A DNA stretch of 60,851 nucleotides, filler included. It is 6 parts of 6 records of this genome, joined end to end, with 100 filler letters (N's around TTAATTAATTAA, not from the genome) between each part and the next. Parts side by side here need not be neighbours in the genome. Positions count along the whole stretch, not along the records: positions 1 to 7,960 come from DRR723986_6323; positions 8,061 to 19,081 come from DRR723986_6327; 4 more parts are not named here. One strand, written 5' to 3'. This document shows positions 1 through 9,374 of this stretch, one piece after another. Numbering within the stretch: the first letter of the stretch is position 1; each line of letters opens with the position of its first letter. The position numbers and the translations under genes were made by a program. The notes beneath the pieces are model-generated. The model was not told where the DNA came from, searched no databases, and worked only from the letters and a program-made list of their open reading frames with translations.

Positions 1-28
1 CATGAACTCCAAGAACACGCGGAGCTGA
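1..28 (+). CDS. rplM: 50S ribosomal protein L13, last codons only (partial)
   Basis: Frame reads ...MNSKNTRS-stop 3 nt before rpsI; rplM-rpsI is a universal pair. Confidence 0.7.
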
Positions 29-31
29 TAA

Positions 32-517
32 ATGGCCGATCAAATCAACTCGCTCGAAGAGCTGGGCGCCGCTGCAGGCGTGACCGAAGCGGCCGTAGTG
101 GCAACCCCGCGCGAACCCGTGCGCGATGCCCTGGGCCGTGCCTATGCCACCGGCAAGCGTAAAGACGCTGTTGCCCGCGTTTGGATCAAGCCGGGTTCCG
201 GCAAGGTCGTGGTGAACGGCAAAGAAATGAATGCCTATTTTGCACGCCCCGTGCTGCAGATGATCCTGCGCCAGCCTTTCCAGGTGGCCGGTGTTGTCGA
301 TCAGTTCGACGTGATGGCAACCGTCAAAGGCGGCGGCCTGTCGGGCCAGGCGGGTGCTGTGAAACACGGCATTTCCAAAGCGTTGCAGCTTTACGAACCC
401 GCACTGCGCGGCGCGCTGAAAGCTGCAGGCTTCTTGACACGCGACTCGCGCGTTGTGGAACGTAAGAAATACGGCAAGGCCAAAGCCCGCCGCTCGTTCC
501 AGTTCTCGAAGCGTTAA
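32..517 (+). CDS. rpsI: 30S ribosomal protein S9
   Basis: [37 protein letters not shown]-terminal QFSKR. Confidence 0.98.
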   Translation: MADQINSLEELGAAAGVTEAAVVATPREPVRDALGRAYATGKRKDAVARVWIKPGSGKVVVNGKEMNAYFARPVLQMILRQPFQVAGVVDQFDVMATVKGGGLSGQAGAVKHGISKALQLYEPALRGALKAAGFLTRDSRVVERKKYGKAKARRSFQFSKR

Positions 518-539
518 TTCGCGCCCCTTGGGTGTGCAC

Positions 540-574
540 AAAGGCCCGCAGGTTTCTGCGGGCCTTTTCTTTTT
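540..574 (+). terminator. Rho-independent terminator after rpsI, probably bidirectional
   Basis: AAAGGCCCGCA-GGTTTC-TGCGGGCCTTT hairpin followed by a T tract, between convergent genes. Confidence 0.8.
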
Positions 575-589
575 GCGGTGGCGTGTGTG

Positions 590-1207
590 TTAGCAATCTG
601 GCGCAATCAGCCCCAGGCCGCGCAGGTAGACGCCAATGGCGCTTTCCAGCAGCTCTTCTGGGGGAAAGGGGCTGGCGGTGCCGGGTGAATTGCGCGCAAA
701 AAGTTCAACCACACCGTGGCTTAGCGCCCAAACATGGGCCGAAAACATCGCAGCCGGCGGGCGGCGGTTTTCGGGAATGTGGCGCGATAGATCTTCGGCG
801 GCACGTTCCAAAACGCCGCGCGCGCGCGCGGAAACGGCGGCCAGTTCGGGTGTTTTGTTCACGCTGATGCCGCTTTCAAACATCGCAATATAATGGCCCG
901 GATAGCGCCGGGCAAAGGCCAAATAAGCCCGGCCCGTGGCCGAAAACGCAGCCAACGCCGAGGGTTGCCCCTTGTCATAGGCATATTGCATGACATCTGT
1001 GAAAATCTCGTAGCCTTGGCGCGAGGCTTCGGCGATCAGGTCTTCGCGGCCCTCGAAATGGCGATAGACCGCCGCAGGCGTGACACCGGCAAGTTTTGCG
1101 GCCTCTGACAAAGTAAAGCCTGTTGGGCCTTTCTCCTCGATCAGTTTCAGCGCGGCATCTACCAGCGCTTGGCGCAAATTGCCGTGGTGATAGCCTTGTT
1201 TACGCAT
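590..1207 (-). CDS. TetR/AcrR family transcriptional regulator
   Basis: [14 protein letters not shown] and [15 protein letters not shown]; start moved to ATG at 1207, overlapping the ppk2 stop. Confidence 0.9.
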   Translation of the reverse strand: MRKQGYHHGNLRQALVDAALKLIEEKGPTGFTLSEAAKLAGVTPAAVYRHFEGREDLIAEASRQGYEIFTDVMQYAYDKGQPSALAAFSATGRAYLAFARRYPGHYIAMFESGISVNKTPELAAVSARARGVLERAAEDLSRHIPENRRPPAAMFSAHVWALSHGVVELFARNSPGTASPFPPEELLESAIGVYLRGLGLIAPDC

Positions 1208-2069
1208 CCCAAATGTCCGGTCCACCGCAAATTTTTGGATCCAGCGCGCCGATGGCGGCCGGGTTTTTGTGTGTATAAGGCAGGGCGTGCAGAACCGCAC
1301 GCATTACTTCCAGCCGGGCGCGGCGTTTGTCATCGGCGCGCACCACCTGCCATGGGGCTTGCGGCTGGTGGCTGCGCGCCAAGGTTTCCGAAATGGCAGC
1401 ACTATAGCTATCCCACAGCGCCAGCCCATCGACATCGATTTGGCTGAGTTTCCATTGCTTTAGCGGGTCACATTCACGTGCCAAAAAGCGCTGCAGCTGC
1501 TCGGCGCGGCCAATGTTGAGCCAGAATTTGAACAGGTAAATGCCCTCGTCTATCAGCATGTCTTCGAATTTGGGCACCTGGGCAAAGAAATGCGCCCGCT
1601 GAGCCGCGCTGCAAAAGCCAAACACATGTTCCACCACCCCACGATTATACCAGCTGCGATCAAACAGAACAATTTCGCCCGCGCTTGGCATATGGGCGAT
1701 GTAGCGCTGGAAATACCATTGGCTGGCCTCGGTTTCGGTGGGTTTTGACAGCGCCACCACCCGGGCTGCGCGGGGGTTTAGGTTTTCTGACAGGCGTTTG
1801 ATGGTGCCGCCTTTGCCCGCTGCATCGCGCCCTTCAAAGAGGCAGGCAATGCGTGCGCCGCTGCTGCGCGCCCATGATTGCAGTTTCACCATTTCGATTT
1901 GCAGCGCGGCATAATCGCGCGCATATGCTTTTTTGCCCATCCGCTTTTTATAAGGATAACCGGGCGTTAGTATGGTATTTTCATCTGCTGTCTGAAGCGC
2001 TGTGCGCAGGTCTTCGGGGGCTTTTGTTGCAAGAAATTGGCTGATCGCCCCGTTGAATGGCAAGGTCAT
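1200..2069 (-). CDS. ppk2: Polyphosphate kinase 2
   Basis: [11 protein letters not shown]alker [24 protein letters not shown]. Confidence 0.95.
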   Translation of the reverse strand: MTLPFNGAISQFLATKAPEDLRTALQTADENTILTPGYPYKKRMGKKAYARDYAALQIEMVKLQSWARSSGARIACLFEGRDAAGKGGTIKRLSENLNPRAARVVALSKPTETEASQWYFQRYIAHMPSAGEIVLFDRSWYNRGVVEHVFGFCSAAQRAHFFAQVPKFEDMLIDEGIYLFKFWLNIGRAEQLQRFLARECDPLKQWKLSQIDVDGLALWDSYSAAISETLARSHQPQAPWQVVRADDKRRARLEVMRAVLHALPYTHKNPAAIGALDPKICGGPDIWDA

Positions 2070-2091
2070 GGTAAATTACTCCTGTCACTGG

Positions 2092-3093
2092 TTAAGCCTG
2101 TGCTAAGCGCCCCGCCGCTTTGGCGCGGGTCTGTGCCCGATCGATGGCATTGATTACGGCATCGGGGCAGGCGTGATGTGGCATATGCCCGATGCCGGGC
2201 AAAACTGTCAGCCTGGCGTCGGGCAGCTGGCGGGCCAAAACATGGGCGTGAATATGGGCGGGCACCACGGTATCGGCTGTGCCATGCACGATTTCCACAG
2301 GCATGGGCAGGCTGGCGTAATGGCGGCTCATTTCTACGATATGGGGGCGCAGGGTTGTCAGCTGGCGGGCATTGGCGCGGAAACTATCGCGGCGCAATGT
2401 CAGCCCGGCACCGATATGGCGGGCGTAGCCTTGTGGCACGGGATCTGGCGTGAAAATGCTGTGCAGCGTGGCATTCAGGCGGTGATAGGGCTTGGCCGCG
2501 GTGATCAGCGGCGGCAAAAGCGCCCCGCCCAGAGAGGTGCCAAGCACGGTGTAAAGCGGGCCCAGGCCCCCGGGCCATGGGTTTGACACACCCGATAGCA
2601 CCACCAATGATGCCACGCGATCAGGCTGGGCCAGCGCCCATGCCAATGCCACCGCCCCACCATATGAATGGCCCAAAACAATGGGGCGCGTGATGCCCAA
2701 CGAGGCCGCCGCCGCCGATAAAACGGCCGCCTGTTCTGCCGGGCTTTCGGCGCGGGTGGTCCAGGGGCTGTTAAAATGTGCCTGCGTGCGGGCCGTCCAG
2801 CCAAGGCCGGGCCTGTCTAGCGCCAGCACGCGGTAGTGTGGGCTAAGGGCTGGTATCAGAGAAAAGGTGAAATCACGCAGGCTGCCGCTGGCACCATGGA
2901 GCAGCACCAAATCGGGTTTGGCGGTGCCATCATCGCCGGCCAGATAGGCATGCACGTGGCACCCGCCCACATCCAACAGCTGGCCTTCGGGGGGGTAGCG
3001 CGCCTCGGCCTCGGCCTCGCGGTAATCGGCCAAGCGGTTGATCAGCAGGCCAGCCCCTGCCACGGCGGCGGTTGTGATGGCCGCGACCAACAT
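2092..3093 (-). CDS. Alpha/beta fold hydrolase with N-terminal hydrophobic anchor
   Basis: LLHGASG, DRPGLG, GHSYGG nucleophile elbow, GHMPH. Confidence 0.85.
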   Translation of the reverse strand: MLVAAITTAAVAGAGLLINRLADYREAEAEARYPPEGQLLDVGGCHVHAYLAGDDGTAKPDLVLLHGASGSLRDFTFSLIPALSPHYRVLALDRPGLGWTARTQAHFNSPWTTRAESPAEQAAVLSAAAASLGITRPIVLGHSYGGAVALAWALAQPDRVASLVVLSGVSNPWPGGLGPLYTVLGTSLGGALLPPLITAAKPYHRLNATLHSIFTPDPVPQGYARHIGAGLTLRRDSFRANARQLTTLRPHIVEMSRHYASLPMPVEIVHGTADTVVPAHIHAHVLARQLPDARLTVLPGIGHMPHHACPDAVINAIDRAQTRAKAAGRLAQA

Positions 3094-3095
3094 GG

Positions 3096-4016
3096 CTAGC
3101 GCCCGATCTCGGCCATGTCATAGGGGGTGGATTGGTAAATTTCGTTGATCCAATTGCCATAAAGCAGGTGCGCATGGCTGCGCCAGCGGTTTTGCGGCTT
3201 TTGGCTGGGGTCATCGCCCGGATAGTAATTGGCGGGCACATTGATGGGCTTGCCCGCGGCAATGTCGCGGTCGTATTCCTCTTTCAAGGTGCCGCTGTCA
3301 TATTCAAGATGGTTAAAGATATAAAGCGCCCGATGCCTCGGGTCTTCGACCAGGCAGGGGCCGGTTTCGGCGCTGTCGATCAAAATGGGCAGGCCTGCGG
3401 CCTCGATTTCGGGGCGTTTCATTTCGGTCCAGCGCGAGACAGGGATCACCATATCATCGGAAAACCCACGCAAATAGGGCGAGGCGGGTGCCAAATTGCG
3501 GTGGCGAATGCAGCCAAAGGCCTTTTGCGACAAAATATGTTTTTGCACCTTGTGGAAATGCCAGATCATGGCCATGCCACCCCAGCATACGCCAAAGGTG
3601 CTTTGCACGTGGGTTTGTGTCCAGTCAAAGACCTGGGTCAGCTCGTCCCAATAGGTGACATCTTCGAAGGGCAGATGTTCGATCGGGGCGCCGGTGATGA
3701 TGAGACCGTCGAATTTTTCGCCGCTGGCCTGCACCTCGTCGAAGGGGCGATAAAAGGCCTCCATATGTTCGGCGGCGGTATTTTTGGTTTGATGCGCGCT
3801 CATGCGGATCAGCGACAATTCGATTTGCAGCGGCGTGGCGCCGATCAGGCGGGCGAATTGGTTTTCGGTTTGAATTTTCTTCGGCATCAGGTTCAGCAAC
3901 CCAATGCGCAGCGGCCGAATATCCTGCCGCGTGGCGCGATCATCTGCCATCACCATAACGCCTTCGCGCTGAAGCACGTTATAGGCGGGCAGATCTGCGG
4001 GCAGGGTGATGGGCAT
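3096..4016 (-). CDS. metA: Homoserine O-acyltransferase (MetA family, likely acetyl-CoA specific)
   Basis: [14 protein letters not shown], catalytic [21 protein letters not shown]. Confidence 0.95.
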   Translation of the reverse strand: MPITLPADLPAYNVLQREGVMVMADDRATRQDIRPLRIGLLNLMPKKIQTENQFARLIGATPLQIELSLIRMSAHQTKNTAAEHMEAFYRPFDEVQASGEKFDGLIITGAPIEHLPFEDVTYWDELTQVFDWTQTHVQSTFGVCWGGMAMIWHFHKVQKHILSQKAFGCIRHRNLAPASPYLRGFSDDMVIPVSRWTEMKRPEIEAAGLPILIDSAETGPCLVEDPRHRALYIFNHLEYDSGTLKEEYDRDIAAGKPINVPANYYPGDDPSQKPQNRWRSHAHLLYGNWINEIYQSTPYDMAEIGR

Positions 4017-4061
4017 TGCTTGAATAATCCGTGGTTTACAGCGGCATAGTTAGGGCCGGGT

Positions 4062-4922
4062 TCAGCCGGTGGCAAGCGTATCGGCGATTAACGTGTCAAA
4101 ATCAGCGGGGGTTTGCACCGCGGCGATATCATCGGCGGTGACGGTGATACCCCAGTTTTCCGCCATCGCCTGATAGCGCGGCTGGCGATGCGCCAGGGCC
4201 TGGGCATAGGTCCAGCGGATAAAGGCATCGGGGTTTACCTGATCTTCGGTGATGTTTTGCTGGGCCAAATAGCTGTGCCACACGTGATCTAGAAACTCTG
4301 GCTGGTATGACATCGGCTTGGGCGCACGATCAAAGCGGCGGATCAGCTCGGCGGTGTGGGCCTCGCTGCCCTTGATCCACACCATCAGCGTCGATTGGCT
4401 GAGCGCCTGTAACACCGGGTCGTTGGGGTTATGCGGATCGACCCATTCACAGATTGAACCGCCGGTATCGCAGATGAAATGCGGATAGCCATAAAGCCGT
4501 GCTGCGCGATCGATGAAATAGGGCGTATCTAACAGCGCCTGAATTTCGGCATGGCGAAACTGCGCTTGGCGGCGGGTATATTCTGCATAGCTTAGCCCAC
4601 CCAGCGCCGGATTGCCGGGCTTGCCCAGATAGGTAGAGACAGGTTCCAGGTTTTGGAAGGTGATATTCGAGCCGATATAGATGCTGTCGCTCATCAGCAA
4701 ATCGCGCAGAAATGGCACTTTCATCGCCTCTGCCTTGGCGTTATCGGCGATATATTCGCCCATGTATCGGGTGCCGATGCGGTAATCGATCGAGTAATGA
4801 AACCATTCGCCATTGGCGCGCAACATATTGGAAACATGCGTTTTTCCAAGGCCAGACATGCCAAAAAACAAGATGTTTTTATGGGTGGCATCGCGCCAGG
4901 CCTGTGCGCTTTCGTAAATCAT
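4062..4922 (-). CDS. P-loop NTPase of unknown function, small-molecule-kinase-like
   Basis: GMSGLGKT Walker A near the N-terminus, DTGGS, RQPRY; start set at MIYESAQ. Confidence 0.75.
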   Translation of the reverse strand: MIYESAQAWRDATHKNILFFGMSGLGKTHVSNMLRANGEWFHYSIDYRIGTRYMGEYIADNAKAEAMKVPFLRDLLMSDSIYIGSNITFQNLEPVSTYLGKPGNPALGGLSYAEYTRRQAQFRHAEIQALLDTPYFIDRAARLYGYPHFICDTGGSICEWVDPHNPNDPVLQALSQSTLMVWIKGSEAHTAELIRRFDRAPKPMSYQPEFLDHVWHSYLAQQNITEDQVNPDAFIRWTYAQALAHRQPRYQAMAENWGITVTADDIAAVQTPADFDTLIADTLATG

Positions 4923-5013
4923 TTTACCGGCTTTCTGAATTGGCAATTCCTGTGTGGTAGCCGCCCAAACCCTGCCGGTCAAACGAGATTTCAGCCCCCC
5001 AGCCCGGCGCGCC

Positions 5014-5889
5014 CTATTTGCGGCGGGTCTCGGTCAGCAGATTGTAATAGTTGCCCGCAAAGATCAGCGCCGCGCCCAGGAACACGAAGATATCCAGCGG
5101 CTCGTTGTAAAATGCCATGCCGATCACCGCGATCAGGGGCAGGCGCACAAAATCGATGGGCACCACCACTGTGGCCGGTGCGATCGACAGCGCCGTGGTT
5201 AGGCAAAAATGCGCCAAAAGCCCGGCGCAGCCAATCAGCAACAGCCAGGGCAGGGTGGTGGCATCGGGCAGGGCAATATCGCCATCCCAGCCGGCACAAA
5301 TAATGCCAAAAACCGCCTGCATGATGGTGAGGTAAAACAAAATACAGGTAATGGTTTCGCTGCGCGTCAGCCGCTTTGTGAACACGATCGACAGGGCAAA
5401 GCCCACCGCAGAAAGCGCTGCGGTAACAACGCCCATATTCAGGCTTTCCGCCCCCGGTCGTGTCACCACCAAAATACCGCCAAAGCCCATCAGCGCAGCA
5501 ATCACGCGCACCTTTGTCAGGCGTTCACCCAAGATCAGCGGCGAAAGCACCAGCACCCAAAGCGGCGAGGTGAATTCCAGCGCGAAAACCTGCGCCAGCG
5601 GAATAACCGTAACCGCATAAAACCACAGGTTCTGCCCGGTGAAATGCGCCATATTCCGCAGCAGATGCACCCCCATGTGGCGCCGCGTGACCTGGCCCAG
5701 GGTGCCGGCAACGCCCGCCACCCCCAGAACGATGCAAATGCCAAACAGGCTGCGATACATCATGATTTCGAACGTATCTAACTGAAAGCTGACAGCCCGC
5801 CCGGCAATCGCCATCGAGGAAAACGAGGCAATCGCCCCGATCATCCAAAGCGCGGCCCGCAGTGTGGCGTTTTGGCTGGGTGTGCTCAT
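5014..5889 (-). CDS. DMT/EamA family transporter
   Basis: About 10 hydrophobic segments; FTSPLW...LGE and YNEP EamA-type motifs. Confidence 0.85.
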   Translation of the reverse strand: MSTPSQNATLRAALWMIGAIASFSSMAIAGRAVSFQLDTFEIMMYRSLFGICIVLGVAGVAGTLGQVTRRHMGVHLLRNMAHFTGQNLWFYAVTVIPLAQVFALEFTSPLWVLVLSPLILGERLTKVRVIAALMGFGGILVVTRPGAESLNMGVVTAALSAVGFALSIVFTKRLTRSETITCILFYLTIMQAVFGIICAGWDGDIALPDATTLPWLLLIGCAGLLAHFCLTTALSIAPATVVVPIDFVRLPLIAVIGMAFYNEPLDIFVFLGAALIFAGNYYNLLTETRRK

Positions 5890-6001
5890 CTGTGCCATCC
5901 TTTGGGCGGGCGCATTTTCCCGCAGCCCGCACACATTCGGGTGGCGCGGGGGGGAAATGCAAGCGCCAATTTAGCCCCACGCGCCACGCCGTTGCGGCAG
6001 A

Positions 6002-6715
6002 TTATGCAAATGCCAGATCGTCGCGTTTAAATAGCAGCGGCTGTGTTAACGCAGACAGGGCCACGATTGGCTGGCCCTGGGCATCAAAATTTTGCGGGTC
6101 AAGATAGCGCTGAAACGCCCCTTTCAGGGCAGGCCATTCGCTGTCGATCGCGGCAAACCATGCGGTATCGCGGTTGCGCCCCTTCACGATAGACATCTGG
6201 CGAAACACACCTTCGTAAGACAGGCCCAAACGCTGCGCGGCATGGCGGCTTTTGCGGTTAAGCGCGTTGCATTTCCATTCATAGCGGCGATAGCCGTTTT
6301 CAAAGGCCCATTGCATCATCAGCACCATCGCCTCGGTGCCGGCGCGCGTGCGCTGCAGGGGCGGTGCAAAATTGATATGGCCCACCTCGATACTGCCATT
6401 GGCCTGATCGATACGCAAAAAACTGGCCAAACCAACGGCGCGATCATCGCTGCGGCGGATGATGGCAAAAAACGCCGGGTCTTGATGGGCCTCTTGGCTG
6501 CCAAGCCAGGTTTCATAGGCGCAAAGCGTGGGAAACGGGCCATAAGGCAGATACTCCCAAATGGCGCCTTGGCTGTCTTCGGAATTGGCAGCAAACAAAT
6601 CGGCGGCGTGATCGGCCACTGAAACGGGGCGCAAAACAACATCTGTGCCAGCCAGCACAATACCCTTGGGGTGCGGTGGCGGGGTGAAATGGGAGAGGGT
6701 GTCGTTCAGCGCCAT
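6002..6715 (-). CDS. GNAT N-acetyltransferase, RimJ/RimL-like
   Basis: SIEVGHI, GYRRYEWKCNALN, YEGVFRQ, KGRNRDTAW. Confidence 0.88.
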   Translation of the reverse strand: MALNDTLSHFTPPPHPKGIVLAGTDVVLRPVSVADHAADLFAANSEDSQGAIWEYLPYGPFPTLCAYETWLGSQEAHQDPAFFAIIRRSDDRAVGLASFLRIDQANGSIEVGHINFAPPLQRTRAGTEAMVLMMQWAFENGYRRYEWKCNALNRKSRHAAQRLGLSYEGVFRQMSIVKGRNRDTAWFAAIDSEWPALKGAFQRYLDPQNFDAQGQPIVALSALTQPLLFKRDDLAFA

Positions 6716-6749
6716 CGGTCATGCTACCAGGGGGGGTATGTGAAAAAAA

Positions 6750-7550
6750 TTATTCTTTCCACCAAATTTCCGGCATTAAAATTTCCGGTAAATGTGGAAC
6801 ATTCTTTACATCTAATGGGTGAGGCAACTGGACGGGATCCTGCCTAAGCACTTTCGGTAAGATATCGTGCCGAACAAAGGTAACTTCCATTACACGAGGA
6901 ACAGCGATACCATCTAATTCGGTCAAGCCACAGCAGTTATTGGGGTGCACGTGGCATATCGCGAAGTTTTTGAACAGCTTTTCAAAAATAATAGAAACCA
7001 GGCGTAGAAAATCTTTTTCAAACAGCTTGTTGAGATCGTGAAACTCGATTGTCAGAATGCTAAAGCCCGCCAGCGTTTCAGCTGATTCATAGCCTAACAC
7101 ATCATATTCCGCCCCTTCGATATCCATCTGCAAAACTTTAGGGCTGTTGTCGTCGCCAATAGATTGCTCAATCCAATCGGACAGTGTGATGTATTCGTTG
7201 TGCGAACGGGCTCCAAGAAATTTTGGAATAAAGTGAAATAAGTCGTTATCGATAGGTGCTTTTGATACTGAGGCATCTGCCATAAATGATCTGATGCCGC
7301 GCTTGCTTAGCTCATTTTCGAAATCGGCCGAGTCGGCTACACCCGGACTGAAACAATAGGCCAAGCCGTCTAACGCATCGGGAAGCAAATATCCCCCGTC
7401 TGCACCGCTTCCGATGCGCACCAAATTGCAGGGTTTATAATTTGCACGAAACCGATCTATGAAATTGGTCAGGTTTGGCCTTGTTTCGAGCTTACCAAGA
7501 AGGATATGCCGATTGAATGCGGCTTTGCGAAGGCGCGCTTTTAAAGACAA
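6750..7550 (-). CDS. FkbM-like SAM-dependent methyltransferase domain protein
   Basis: RIGSGADGGY, FSPGV, LQMDIEGAEY, IEFH, HPNN motifs; TTG start; AT-richer than neighbours. Confidence 0.7.
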   Translation of the reverse strand: MSLKARLRKAAFNRHILLGKLETRPNLTNFIDRFRANYKPCNLVRIGSGADGGYLLPDALDGLAYCFSPGVADSADFENELSKRGIRSFMADASVSKAPIDNDLFHFIPKFLGARSHNEYITLSDWIEQSIGDDNSPKVLQMDIEGAEYDVLGYESAETLAGFSILTIEFHDLNKLFEKDFLRLVSIIFEKLFKNFAICHVHPNNCCGLTELDGIAVPRVMEVTFVRHDILPKVLRQDPVQLPHPLDVKNVPHLPEILMPEIWWKE

Positions 7551-7614
7551 CGGTAAGATCCTCTCTTAGGCTTATTCCTGCTTGGGCCAATGTTACGGTG
7601 TTATCCTGCAACCC

Positions 7615-7960
7615 TCATTCCCACTCGATCGTGCCTGGGGGTTTCGAGGTGATGTCATAGGTCACGCGGTTGATGCCCTTCACCTCGTTGATGATGCGGG
7701 TGGCAGTTTCGCCCAGAAACTCGTGGGTGAAGGGGTAATAATCGGCGGTCATCCCATCCACGCTGGTCACGGCGCGCAGGGCGCAGGCGTAATCATAGGT
7801 GCGCCCATCGCCCATCACGCCCACGGTGCGCACGGGCAAGATGGCCACGAAAGCCTGCCAAATGTCATCATAAAGCCCGTGTTTGCGGATTTGATCGATG
7901 TAAACCGCATCGGCCTTGCGCAAAATCTCCAGCTTTTCGCGGGTGATCTCGCCGGGGCAG
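7615..7960 (-). CDS. guaA: GMP synthase, C-terminal part (5' end cut by contig edge)
   Basis: [23 protein letters not shown]-terminal [14 protein letters not shown]. Confidence 0.96.
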
Positions 7961-8060
7961 NNNNNNNNNNNNNNNNNNNNNNNNNNNNNNNNNNNNNNNN
8001 NNNNTTAATTAATTAANNNNNNNNNNNNNNNNNNNNNNNNNNNNNNNNNNNNNNNNNNNN
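7961..8060. other. Artificial contig linker
   Basis: N44-TTAATTAATTAA-N44, stops in all six frames. Confidence 0.99.
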
Positions 8061-8061
8061 C

Positions 8062-8313
8062 TTGAATGAAATCCGGCGGATGATCATGGCAAACGTCGGG
8101 GTCGGTGCGCTGCCTCTTCACGTCGCAAAGCAAGACGTGGTCGCGGGCAACATTCGCCAATTGCCCCCATACGACGACCTGCCCCTGGTCAACATCTACC
8201 TGATCACAAACCCTGCCCGCCGCCAGTCCGACGCCGAAGCCATCTTTCTCGCCAACTGTGAAGCTGAACTTGCTGAAATTCCTATCGAAAATCGGACGTA
8301 TGGGGCAACTTAA
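8062..8313 (+). CDS. LysR-type regulator, C-terminal substrate-binding end (partial)
   Basis: NEIRRMIMANVGVGALPLHVA resembles LysR C-terminal domain. Confidence 0.7.
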   Translation: MNEIRRMIMANVGVGALPLHVAKQDVVAGNIRQLPPYDDLPLVNIYLITNPARRQSDAEAIFLANCEAELAEIPIENRTYGAT

Positions 8314-8350
8314 ACGGCACATTACGCCCCTCCAGAATTAGCAGGGGTGG

Positions 8351-9274
8351 CTAAAAATCTGCTCCGAGCGCCTGCTCTTCTAAGGCTGATTTCACGGCAA
8401 GACTAAAAACCTGCGCCTGCGAAGACAAAATTTCATCTGGGCGATGCATCAGCCCGACTGGCCCGCGCGTAATCGCGGTATCAATGGGCAGTGCCCTAAG
8501 ATTCCCGTCTGCAATTTCGTTGGCCACAACGCCCGCTGAAATGATCCAGATCGCATCGGAATGGCGCGTGAAATGACGACCAAAAGCCCCTGACACGGTT
8601 TCGAGGCGATTGTCGATCTGCCCCACACCGTGGGCAATCAAAAAACGATCCACCAATGGCCGGATAGCAGACCCTTCGGGTGGATAAATCACCTGCCATT
8701 CACTGATCCGCTTCAAATCTGGCGCATCCAACAGCGGATGGCCCGCCCGCACCACGAATTCGACCTGTTCTTCGTACAGCTGCGTAAATGTGATCCCCTG
8801 CATCGTCTCGGGTCGCCCCAATCGGCCAATCACCAAATCCAAATCCCCAACACGCAACCGTTCAACAAGATAGCCGTGCGGCCCATCCACAATTCTAAGG
8901 GATGCGTTCGGGGACAGTTCCGCAAATTTGGTTGCAACACCCGGCATCAGACGCGCCGCGACCGAGGGCAAAGCCCCAACCGACAGCACGGCCTTACCAC
9001 GCGCGCCAACCTGCGCGACCCCAGTCAATCCTTGCTGAAGAGAGGCAAGCGACATCTCGGCAAAATGCAAAAACACCTCGCCTTGTGGCGTCAGCGAGAC
9101 CCCGGCCCGGTTCCGCGTCAACAGGGTCGCCTCCATGATGTTTTCCAGCTCTTTTAGGGTCTTGGAAATCGCAGGCTGGGTCAAAAACAGCTTTTCCGCC
9201 GCAACCTTCAGGCTCTGCTCGCGGCAGATTTCAACAAAGCATTGGATGTGGCGGAACTTGATACGGCGATCCAT
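8351..9274 (-). CDS. pcaQ: LysR-type regulator of protocatechuate catabolism
   Basis: MDRRIKFRHIQCF, LTQPAISKTLKELE HTH; divergent from pobA-pca genes. Confidence 0.92.
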   Translation of the reverse strand: MDRRIKFRHIQCFVEICREQSLKVAAEKLFLTQPAISKTLKELENIMEATLLTRNRAGVSLTPQGEVFLHFAEMSLASLQQGLTGVAQVGARGKAVLSVGALPSVAARLMPGVATKFAELSPNASLRIVDGPHGYLVERLRVGDLDLVIGRLGRPETMQGITFTQLYEEQVEFVVRAGHPLLDAPDLKRISEWQVIYPPEGSAIRPLVDRFLIAHGVGQIDNRLETVSGAFGRHFTRHSDAIWIISAGVVANEIADGNLRALPIDTAITRGPVGLMHRPDEILSSQAQVFSLAVKSALEEQALGADF

Positions 9275-9280
9275 AATTAC

Positions 9281-9296
9281 TTACCAATATTGGAAA
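9281..9296. promoter_or_regulatory. Candidate LysR (PcaQ) operator
   Basis: T-N11-A (9282-9294) enclosing the perfect dyad CCAATATTGG in the pcaQ/pobA divergent spacer. Confidence 0.4.
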
Positions 9297-9374
9297 CTAA
9301 ACACGACATAAGATCATTTTACTTATTCGTTTCTGACAAGCAATATCGCTACAAGAGATTTCAGGAGAGCACAC

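Noticed and set aside
3132..4049. Long antisense ORFs such as 3132-4049, 29569-30420, 36967-37869, 48247-49602, 50729-51655, 52834-53547 and 56867-57784
   Set aside because: Shadow frames of well-supported genes in high-GC DNA, with no recognisable motifs
8005..8016. TTAATTAATTAA repeated five times in the window
   Set aside because: Synthetic six-frame stop linker inside N runs, not a biological repeat; ORFs containing X runs are artefacts
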